Origin: Massalongia carnosa
Lineage: Eukaryota
Assembly: GCA_965645245.1 (NCBI GenBank)
Contig: OZ287077.1
Span: forward strand, 1,116,001-1,180,000
Length of the DNA: 64,000 nucleotides
Direction: 5' to 3'
Below, piece after piece: positions 54,189-64,000 of this stretch. The notes beneath the pieces are model-generated. The model made no database searches, was not told the origin of the DNA, and was given only the letters and a program-made list of their open reading frames with translations. Each line of letters begins with the position of its first letter. Position 1 is the first letter of the stretch. The position numbers and the translations under genes are program-made.

Positions 54189-54213
54189 GGTCACGCTAAA
54201 GGCGGCATGCCTA

Positions 54214-55551
54214 CAGTACTAGGTCAAAAGTTTCCGACAGCTCCCCATCAACTTTTTACCCCCCCCACTGCTTTGAATTATCAACCACCAAGTTTTTATT
54301 TTATGCCTTGAAACTTGGTACGATGATTACATACATTCTAGCAAGGAATTTGGGATGAGAAATATATTTTTAATATTTCGTATACCATCCTTTCGATTGG
54401 ATGCAAGCTTCAATCCTCCTTTCCATGCTCTCTATTAAACTTCTCAACATTTCCTCATCTATCAAGGCCTATGCTTCTTCCAACGCTTTCCAAAGTACCT
54501 CGCGGACCTTATCATCACTACCAGTCACCGAATCGATGTCCGGATTGACTTGATAAAAGAGCTGTTTGAGCACATACCAAACGTGCTCGATGGGGTTCAA
54601 ATCAGGAGAATAAGGAGGCCAATCGATGATTGTTATACCGTTTTCATCGAACCATTTCTTCGCCTTTTTGGCAGTATGAATCGGTGCATTATCCTGTATG
54701 AAAATGAAGCCCGGTTCCCAAATTTCAAGCAGATTATCGTTCAATAATTCCAAATATGAATTCGCGGAGTACCCCATCTTCTTTGCTTCGAAATCGCGGG
54801 CCAATTTGTAAAGATCTGACCTTCCTCTCATACAAAAAGCCCCCCATACCATAACCTTGACCTCCTTGCCTTTGGCGTACGGTTGTATCATAGGTTTTTT
54901 CCATTTTTCCTCCGGAAATCTGAACATCCATTGACGCTATTTTCCTGACCCCTTTTCCACCGAACACTCGTCTGACCATATAATTTTTGACCATTGCTCA
55001 GAAGTCCACTCACGCCGAAGCAAGCACCATTCTAATCTCTTCTTTGCCACCTCGGGCGTCAATAAAGGCCGCTTTTTAGCCAGCCAGTTTGTTATACCGT
55101 AGTCTTTGAGCGTCCGATAGAGAGTGGATCGACTGCATTGCACCCCGGCCTCCGTACGCAGCTGCGCATAGGTGATGCGTGGATTGATTCGTGCAAATTT
55201 GATGATACGTCTTCTATCGCGATCCGAAAATATTCCAGGCCGACCTGATCGCGATTTGGACTTTTCGTTGTTGCGTTCTGAGTGCTTTTGAAGAGTGTAA
55301 ATGACGGTGGTTCGAGGCACATTTAATGTCTTTGCAATTTCGGCCGGTGCATGCCCCAACGCCTGGGCTCCAATAATCATACCTCTTTGACATTGATTCA
55401 ATTTGGTATTACGAGGCTTATTACCAGAAATTGAAGCCAACGGAGTGCGTGGCATGGTGAAATGATGAGGTCAAAGTTGATGGGTTGGAGGGGTTGAAAC
55501 GCGAAATCACGAAAATCGCGGGTAGAGTCGGAAACTTTTGACACGGGACTG
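54214..55551 (-). mobile_element. Tc1/mariner (impala-like, DD34E) DNA transposon, 1338 bp
   Basis: TA duplications 54212-13 and 55552-53; TIRs CAGTACTAGGTCAAAAGTTTCCGAC vs CAGTCCCGTGTCAAAAGTTTCCGAC (21/25 identical). Confidence 0.95.
54370..55455 (-). pseudogene. Tc1-family transposase (361 codons) with two in-frame TAG stops
   Basis: HTH N-terminus, RSGRP, WSDEC, FIQDNAPIH...SPDLNPIEHVW (34 residues between D and E), GWYTKY*; stops at 54937-39 and 54469-71, all in one frame. Confidence 0.93.
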
Positions 55552-55622
55552 TACGTCTCACGCGTTTTCGAATCATCTACATACATACCTACTTTTCAAA
55601 CACCCTCCTCTGGAACGACACC

Positions 55623-58600
55623 ATGTCGTCCATGTTCGGTCAACTAAATCCGGCATCATCATCGCAGTCTCAAACCGCCCCAGCAATCAATATATTCGGT
55701 CACCTTACAAGTTCTCAATCTCAGCAATCCCCAACTTCCCAGCCTGGTGGATTATTTGGCAGTTTAGCAAGCTCGCAAGCTCCTGCACCGCAATCAACTG
55801 GAACACCCTTGCAACAGTCTTCAGTCTTTGCGGAGCTTAGTGGCCAATTAAAGCCCCCAGCTTCCGCGAATGTATCGGACTCTCAGGCATCAACACTGGC
55901 GACCGGGAGTGGGGGAGGGATTTTGGGGTCGTCACAGCTAGCGGGAGCCCAACCACCGCATAATACAAGCTTTCCGGATTCTCAAAATAATGCAACTACT
56001 TCACAACCATTTGGATCGTCCTTTATCTCGCCCCAACAATCTCAACAGCAACAAACCCAATCAGGGCAATCTCAGGGTTGGACTGGTCAGCCGAGTCTAG
56101 GCATCAGTAGATCCTCACAACCGGTGTATTTTGACAACTTGCTGGAAAAGGGAAGGAACAAAGCAAATGATCATCCTGGAGGATCAGGATTTGGGGAATT
56201 ACCAAGCTTGCAACTTGGCTTGGGTGATATTGCCAGAAGAGCAAGGGAAATAGGAGGTGCGGGAGGGCAGGTACACGGAGGTGCCACGGTGGATGGCAAG
56301 GCGTCAGCTTGCAGATTATTCTTTTTCATCGGGTTACGGGAAAACTAACACAGGGTACAGGCATTATCTTTTGGCTGCCTCGGGAGTAAACCCTGGTACG
56401 ACTCGACGCGACCTTAATGCTCTTAATGCTATACCTTTCGTTGGAGGTAATCAGCAACAATTACCAGAGTGGGATCCAGACACGGGTAAGTATGTGGCCC
56501 AGTTGCAACAGCAATCCACACTCAAGATGACTGCTGAGGGTGTCGAGCGTGCACATCGCAATTTCGACGCCTTTCTCGAAGAGAATGTTGATATCAACTG
56601 GGAACTACAGCGTAAGAAGATTTATGAACACTTTGGGCTTTTGTCGAAAGGCAATGATGTAACAGATGAAGGTGCTTCATTTGGTAGTCCTGGTGGAAAG
56701 GGAAGTTTTGGCAGATCTACGAGAAAAGGACAAACCACCAACACACGCAAGCCTGGGCAAGCTTCGTTAAATAGAAGTATCTTCGGAAAATCAAGTTTAC
56801 AAAAATCTGTCATTGGTACCCCTGGTGTTGGGTCTCCAAATGCAACGCTTTTTGCCGATGTAACGGAGAAGAATGGGAACTCAACAAAGGCACATGATGA
56901 TCGGCTTGTACGAGAAAGACAAGCGAAATTTGCAGAAGTGGTGCAGAAATTAAATCAGGCCCGCCTGGATGAGAAATCGTATCCCGTCGTTCAGGAATTT
57001 GCATCTGTGGAGAGGCAATCGGGAGGAGAGGTAAGGTATATTCATACTCCAGAGGCATTTATTCACTTACAGCTGATTATCTAGTCTTCAAAACGACTCA
57101 TAGATGCTTATGAGGCGTTGACCGAGATCGTTGACGATCCTAATACTTCTAAAAAGTTGAATGGATCTATACTCGCCAAGGAACGTCATTTTGCTGAGAG
57201 TTACCTTGACGAGACGCCTAATTTTGCAAGATCAACGAATATCCGAAAGAAAATCATCAATGGTTCAAGAAGTTGTTTGGAGAAGCAGTAAGGAGACTCT
57301 TCATGCGTTGCCTGGCGGAACGATTAATGATATGTTATAGGTTTTTTGACCATCTTACATCTATCATAGCTCGACATCCCCGCGAGGCGAATGTCGGCGG
57401 CATACCGACAAACATTAACAAAGTTCGAGCGTATGTAAGGATACGTGCTGGCCGCAAAGATCTTACCCCAGATGGCACTGATTTGCAGGTTCTCGAGAAT
57501 GACTATTGCTGGGCATTAATATTCTTCTGCCTCCGAGCTGGTCTGCTCAGGGAGGCCGCAGAATACGTGACAAGCAATGCTACAGCATTTCGAGCACTGG
57601 ATCGTAATTTTATCACTTACATTACAAGTTATGCCGGCAGCACCGAGAAACGATTATCCAGATCGATGCAAGACCGTATAAATGCAGAGTATCAGCAACG
57701 ATCACGTATTGCTCCAGAAAACTCGCTCGATCCTTACCGTATGGCATGCTACAAAGTAATCGGTCGTTGCGAACTCAGCAAACGAACCTTAGATACAATT
57801 AGCCAAGGGATAGAGGATTGGATCTGGTTACAATTCAGTCTTGCTAGAGAAGTCAACCGTGCTGAAGAAGTTGCAGGTGATGTCTTCGGGCTGGAGGAAG
57901 TGCGAGAAACGATCCGCGAGATTGGCCAGCGCTATTTCATTAAAGGCCAAGAGGATATGGGTGGCTATGGAACGTACTTCTTCCTGCAGGTGCTAGGAGG
58001 CATGTTCGAGCAAGCTATAGCGTTCCTTTACCCTTACTCGTATGTCTCTGCAGTTCATTTCGCTATTGCATTGGATTTTTACGGGTTACTACGCGTTTCC
58101 GATTTTTCCATCTCGGAATCAGAGCTTCGTAAGTCTTGGTGTGAGAAATATGGTCACTTACTTCGTCTAAATGTGCAGCAGTCACCTATAATACCAAAGA
58201 GATGCCTCAGATCAGCTTTGGCCGCATGCTAGGCTACTATACGCGTGACTTTCGATCGGGGAATGTTGAAGCAGCGGTGGATTATCTCGCCTTGATTTGT
58301 CTCAACGGTGATCTGCCAGGGTCCTTGGGCAAATCTCAAGCCTCATTATGCCACGAGGCTCTACGCGAACTTGTATTGGAAACTCGAGAGTTTGCACAGC
58401 TCCTTGGCGATATCCGCTCTGACGGAACTAGGCTACGAGGAGCAATCGAGCAACGGCTGAAGCTTATTAGCCTGGCCGATCAAGACGAATTTCTTCATGC
58501 CGTTACTATCCAAGCCGCCAGCATCGCCGATGACAATGGAAGAACAAGTGACGCAGTGCTCCTTTACCATCTTGCAGAAGATTATGACAATGTAATCACG

Positions 58601-59440
58601 ATCATTAACCGCGCCCTCTCGGAAGCCATCGCCATCGAGATTGGCCAGGAAGAAATGCGCTTGCAGCCCCTAAAACCTAGAACCTCCGCTTCCCCAACTA
58701 GCTCGTACCAGCAACAGCAGGAGCCGCCGCCACAGGAGCCGCCGCCACAGGAGCCATCGCCGGGAAGCAGTCTAAGTCTTACCTCTGTCGACGACCCAGT
58801 CGTTCTCGCCCGCAATATGATATCTCTCTACAACGCCAACGCGCTATACTACCAAAAAATTCTCCCCGCTAACCGCGATGCCTGCGGAATTCTCCTACGT
58901 CTTAGCGAAGTCAAATCAAAAGTTCTTGTCGGCAAATGGGCAGAAGCTCTCGATGTAAGTTTTTTTCTTCTTTTTCGCTCAAAATATTCTTTAGAGTCTC
59001 TACCCGTCCTCTCCCCTCCCCATAATGAAGTGAAATATAAATTCTATAACTAAATTACCCGTGTGTAGCTAATTGACGCCCTCAACCTCCTCCCCCTCCA
59101 CGCCAAGTCCTCCATCCCTGCCATTCGTTCTCACGCCCAGGCCTTCAACGCGCTTCCCGCGACTATATCGCGCAACATTGGCCCTTTGCTTCTCTGGTCC
59201 ATCACCTGCATCGGCCGTCAGCGGGACATCCTCGCCACCGGTCAGTATGGCGTTGACGGTGGCAATGGAAATGGAACCGGTGTGGGTGGTGCTGGCGGGA
59301 CAAGGCAGGAAATGGACGAGGAGTTGCTGGTGGGGGCCAAGGATCTGATGGTTTTCGCGGGCTTGGTCAAGTATCGGCTTGGAGAGCGAGTGTGGGAGGC
59401 GGTCACGAAGTGTGGCGGGGATGTTGGTGTTTACAGTTGA
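55623..59440 (+). CDS. NIC96: Nucleoporin Nic96/Nup93 (multi-exon)
   Basis: Q/S-rich N-terminus with GLFG; LPSLQLGLGDIARRA, INWELQRKKIYEHFGL, WALIFFCLRAG, DPYRMACYKVIGRCEL, IEDWIWLQF, LRELVLETREFAQLLG. Confidence 0.95.
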
Positions 59441-60241
59441 AAGCGGGATTCGAAAGGAGGAAAGAGAAGGCGAAGACGAAGGCAAAGGAGGGAGGATGCA
59501 GAAAAGTGCGCGGAGAGTTAGGGCTTAGATGGCCCGCCCGCGATGGCCAAGAAGAAGTCGATCGGACCTTTAGCGTGTAGAGGGAATGGGTTTCAAATCA
59601 ACCAACCCTCTTCCTCACTTTTCTCTCACGGGTAAAAAGCGAGTCATCCAAATCTCCAGATTGATCGAAACCCCAAGTAGTCGAAGAACAAAAGCAAGAA
59701 AAAGATTCAGTCATACATGACCATGCCAGTTTCCCCTCCCTGATGAATGCGTCATTATCATCATCGTCGTCGTCCCCCTACCCGTCCATCTCATTCATCT
59801 ATGCTCCCCTTCTACTCATCCTTTCCCTCTTATACATTTTTCTTACTATGCACGAATCACGGTAAAGTGCCTAAGGTGTTTGACTCCTATGTATGTATGG
59901 GCTGGCTGGCCGTATTTGGTACGATTGATCGATTGATCGATAGGTATGGTATGTATATATCTAGCCATCCACCGATTAACGCACTCGACTCACCCACTCA
60001 CCCAATCAACTCACCTAAGTCATCCCCTCCCTCATCCTATTAACCTACTTAACTCACTCACTCCCGGACTCCTTTCCCTCCCCATGCACGCAAAAGTCCG
60101 AGAAGGTCTTGGTCCCGCAGAATACCAAGGAGAATGACCACCGTTTCGGTTCGTGGCGCTTCAGTTGCTTCAGTTGCTTTGCCTCCGGCTTGACGATTTA
60201 CGTCGCTTATATTTGCTTTAGCGTAAGGTAGGGGAGGGGAT

Positions 60242-60285
60242 GGGAATGGAGAGGATGGGGAGGGAATGGAGAGGATGGGGAGGGA
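60242..60285. repeat. G-rich tandem duplication (about 20 bp unit)
   Basis: gggaatggagaggatgggga x2 in a purine-rich intergenic tract. Confidence 0.7.
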
Positions 60286-61183
60286 AGGGAGGGGTTCGAT
60301 AAATATGTCAGATAGGTAGTATGTAAGTAGGTATACAAAAAAAACCGACTAATTGACTGAAACCCAAAAACGAGAAATAGTAAAAAGAAAAAAAGAAAAG
60401 AAAGTCGGACACCAAGACACGGATCATGGGTCATATGGACTAACGCTTCCCCCTATCCTGGCCGCGGCCCAGACTAGATAGAGATAGAGATAGAGAAATA
60501 AATACATACAAAGCACGACTCAGCGCCGAGCATCCAGCCATCCATAGATTCACTACTCGTCCATCATTCATGCTCTTCTATGCTAGCCAGTTTACGTTCC
60601 GCGGTGACTCCCCCGTCGTTGTTGTTGGTTGGGACGGGGTTTATTAGTTGGTTTGTTACTTGGGTAGCTATTTAAAGCCGCACGTGAGGGAACACTGGGT
60701 ATTTCTTGTGTCTTTTGCTGTCGTTATTGTTGATGTTATTTGTTACTAATCACCGCTGTCGATAGGAATAACGTTGGGAAGACGGTGAGTGACGAGGAGC
60801 GACAATAACAGCAAAGCACGACGTCCGGAGGAGTTAGAGTACATTGTGGAGGAGAACTGTGAGCGAAAGGAGACTTTTCTTCTTCGTCCAAGCTGGCGAG
60901 CTGAAGTTTGGAAGCTGAAAATGTGCTTATCTCGGCATTAAAGATTTATTATCAAGATTGGATAAGACATGAGCTTTTCCGAACGGCAACGGCTTCGAAT
61001 ATCCGTATGTATGAAGGGAGAATACTGCAAGTTTATTATAGAGAGTCTGATTGTGCATGGTACAGATTTGACAGCCGAGTTGAACGTTCACGACATCTTC
61101 GGTTAGGAACGCAGCCAGATAGGTAGAAAACAGATAAAAGCCGAATCAGGAGGGAAATAACGCAAGAAAGCAAACAAGAAATC

Positions 61184-61932
61184 ATGCGTCCCCACTCACC
61201 CATGAGCGACGACAGCACCATAGAGATGGAAGATGAATTCGTCGTCATCGGTGACGAGACCTTCGCGAAATGGGTCTGTTTATATACCCCCTTCCCCATC
61301 CACCCCTACATTTGACTACTCGTTAGCTAGCCGTGCTGACCTATTTTTATAAGGATGGCGACCAAACAAAGTATGTCCCGCCGACGCCGTTCCAGTCCGC
61401 CATGTCCACAGCCAAATATTCATGGAAGAAGAACCTGGCGACCGTTCAGAGCGGGATTGAAGCTGTCGGCGTAGCCGCTGCGAGCAGGTTGACGACAGCG
61501 GTGACGGGATTGACGCAGCCTGTTACGTCGGTGGGTGCAGATAGCGTTAGAGACATACCCACTTTGATGGGTTATGAGGATTCGGAGTCGGATGATAGTA
61601 CTTCTAGTATAGACGGGAAGCAGAGCAAGCATGACTGGCAACGCACCGAGGAAGCTCAGCTCGAGGAGAAATTCTCGAGAAAGATGAAGCATAAGATAGA
61701 TAAGGGTGCGCAGAACGAGATTGATGAGGGTCACACATTGTCGAGACAGGAGCAAACGGGCGGATTAGGACATGACGAGAGAGGCCCGCGATTTAGACTG
61801 GAGCAGCAACAATTTGATCCCTTGGGAGTCTCACATGTATGGCGGCAAAGCGTGAGACAAGAAGAATCGGTAGAACACAGGCAGAGAACACTGGCCGAGT
61901 GGCAGGAAAGAGATGAGAGCCCGAGGAAATGA
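61184..61932 (+). CDS. Hypothetical hydrophilic protein (2 exons)
   Basis: Exon 61184-61273 MRPHSPMSDDSTIEMEDEFVVIGDETFAKW, intron GTCTGT...GCTGAC...AAG, in-frame exon 61354-61932; no recognisable family. Confidence 0.5.
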
Positions 61933-62680
61933 CGACAAGACCAGGGCAGGCACTGGGTTGGATGGTAGAACGGTAGTCAAGACCACAATTGCTGCCCGAA
62001 AGCACGAAGAAGCGAATTGACGTGAAAGAACAGACCATGGATACAAATATCACAAAGGAGAAGGTAGGACTTTGGCTGCTGGAATGAAACGGAACGCTAG
62101 AGTAACTATTTCTCATCCCAGTGCCGAAAGCGTCTCCATCCAGCGACTAAGCAAAGACTGGACAGCCGGTAGTTCTGCTCGCTCACATCGCTACTCTCTT
62201 TCTTGTTAAGAAATTCTAACTAGTATCAAATGTAGGGGGCCTGTGTGCGCAAATAAGACAAGCGCCGTACAGCCACTAATTGCATCAGATTTATGTTGAA
62301 CGGTTGGCATTGAAGGCCTGCGATTCTCAGACATAATTCTGCAAACGGTTGGATTTTGTTGCTATTGGAGCGGTTTCTGTATAGGAGAGCAGCCTACATC
62401 TTGTTAGAACAGGCCCTTAAAATAGTAAACTGGCCATGTTGCATGCATACAGTATGGGTCAACTGCATTTCTGAACAGCCTGCTGGTACTCAGCCATACG
62501 TGGCATTCCTTGAATGCCGATTGCATATGTAAAAGTGTATCATCCATTGTTCAGTCACCAGCATTGGTGCGACCCATACTTTAAACCCAACAGAAAGTGC
62601 AAGCAGCGGAGCCTTTGATACGCCCATATGCCTTGAGTCACATGAGGGCTTATGATAGAGAGCTAGTGCTCATAAGACCT

Positions 62681-63977
62681 CTAGGTGTTCTTCTTTTTGC
62701 TTCCTTTGGGACGACCAACCTTGCGTTTTGGGGTTTCTGGTTCTGCAACATGCAAGAGTTTTTCGACAGGCTCTGCTTCTTTGACAACTTGTGGCGCTTC
62801 TACCTTGGACTGAAAACTACTATCATCATTGCTCGAATACTGAGTAACATCGCTCTCTTCTCCCTCGCCTTCCCCAATAAAAGTGTCCCTATCACCTGTA
62901 TCCTCTTCGTCCGACATATCTGGCATTTGCTGCTTTGTAGATGACCTATCAACCGTAGATTTTGCCTCTTCTTTAATATTTGCAATTATCTTCTTGGTCT
63001 CGGTTTCCTCGCCATTCAGCGTACCACACTCTCCACAACGCCATTTGCCCACATCTTCAGGTCGTTTGGCGCCTGGGGGAGCTTGACCGTTTACAAGCCG
63101 GCACTTTTTGCAAATCAAAGCCAAACGGTTCCTGGGTAACGACTCATCTTCTCCCAAAAGAACATCCATTAATCTATCGTACCAATGGGATCCTTCGCCC
63201 GATTGAGCATACTGAGGCTCGGCTGAATATGCATTTGGTGCAAACTCTGCTGATTCGTGTGGCGGAGATGGCATTCTTTGCGAAGCCGCTGTTAGTGGAC
63301 TGGCTGACAGGGGTGTGGCTTGCCCTAAAGGAGATCTCGATTGAGGCAAGGTCTGCTGGGGAGTGTTTGGAAAAGATGCCTGTGCCAGCTTGCCAGGAAT
63401 GTTTGCCGTCGGAGGCGGGACAAATGACGTTCTCCCCCCTCTTGAGACGCTTGAAACGCCATCCTTCGAACTTGGTCTCCCGTCGGAAGGACCAATTGAT
63501 TTGTTCTTTGTAGGGGGCGAGCCGCCGTATTTTTTAAGCAGTTCTTGTGTAGTATTGTATTTGGTGGTAGACTTAAGCTTCTCGATAGTTACGTCGCGCT
63601 GCTTTTGCAATTCTTCCAAGTGCGCTTGCACCTTTGAGGTGCGATAGTTATAATATGTACCAAGTGCAAGCCTCACGCCATATATTCTGTACTTGCTGTC
63701 AGTAAAACCCGGCGAGAATAGGCAAATAGTTCACTCCTGACAGAACAGGGCCACCAAATACTGCACCAATCTCTACTAGACCCCAGTTCTTCCAACCCAC
63801 AACAAGCACTAGAATAATAGAGTATAGAAGATAAGCGAAACTGGAATATAATATCCATAGCGCATTGAAACGTCTCGAACGTTGACGGAGGTTATCAAGC
63901 CTTGTGGTGCTCTTATTTATCTTAGTTGCAAGAGTCGAGAGAGTCTTTTCGAATGACGCTGGAGAGGTATCATCGCT
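62681..63977 (-). CDS. LNP1: ER junction protein lunapark (5' exon beyond window end)
   Basis: SPASFEKTLSTL, two TM segments, IEKLKSTTKYNTTQELLKKYG, WYDRLMDVLLGEDE, LICKKCRLVNGQAPPG...WRCGECGTLN zinc finger. Confidence 0.92.
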
Positions 63978-64000
63978 CTAAGCGCAGTCAGCGGCCAGCC

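Larger units (their letters stand above)
45297..54211 (-). mobile_element. Derelict Starship-like element (boundaries not resolved)
   Basis: Captain pseudogene at one end with several decayed genes downstream; no intact conserved gene between the PTP and NIC96 loci. Confidence 0.6.

Noticed and set aside
54927..54939. Programmed frameshift or intron between the two transposase ORFs
   Set aside because: Both ORFs are in the same frame, separated by a single TAG.
45067..55591. 14-bp inverted match TAGGTATGTATGTA / TACATACATACCTA as element TIRs
   Set aside because: (TATG)n words are common in this window's spacers (e.g. near 29370 and 59890), so the match is likely chance.

Overview
Gene-dense, intron-containing DNA from a filamentous ascomycete (Pezizomycotina; GT-AG introns with CTRAY branch sites). 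About 17 host genes are recognisable or likely: an F-box/LRR-like protein, PDB1, SLT11, ERG6, NCB2, an SDR, a U1-type zinc-finger protein, SKY1/SRPK, mitochondrial GatA, a secreted metallophosphoesterase, a 4CL-like ligase, a TmpA-like membrane oxidoreductase, an acyltransferase-3, an F-box protein, a rhodanese-PTP, NIC96 and lunapark. Three things are not visible in the ORF track. (1) A ~9-10 kb decayed accessory block (about 45.3-54.2 kb) between the PTP and NIC96 genes carries a shattered DUF3435 tyrosine-recombinase ('Starship captain') pseudogene followed by pseudogenised cargo: an HSPA12-like Hsp70, a Zn2Cys6 relic and a 12-bp-repeat gene. It is capped by a near-intact Tc1/impala-like DD34E transposon with two RIP-type stops, lying 69 bp from the NIC96 ATG. 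(2) A spliced, apparently non-coding transcript divergent from NCB2 has two introns that each host a box C/D snoRNA with rRNA-complementary guides. (3) An afeA-like/tmpA-like pair plus a membrane acyltransferase may form a small signal-biosynthesis module. Family calls rest on motif recognition from memory; no database searches were run.
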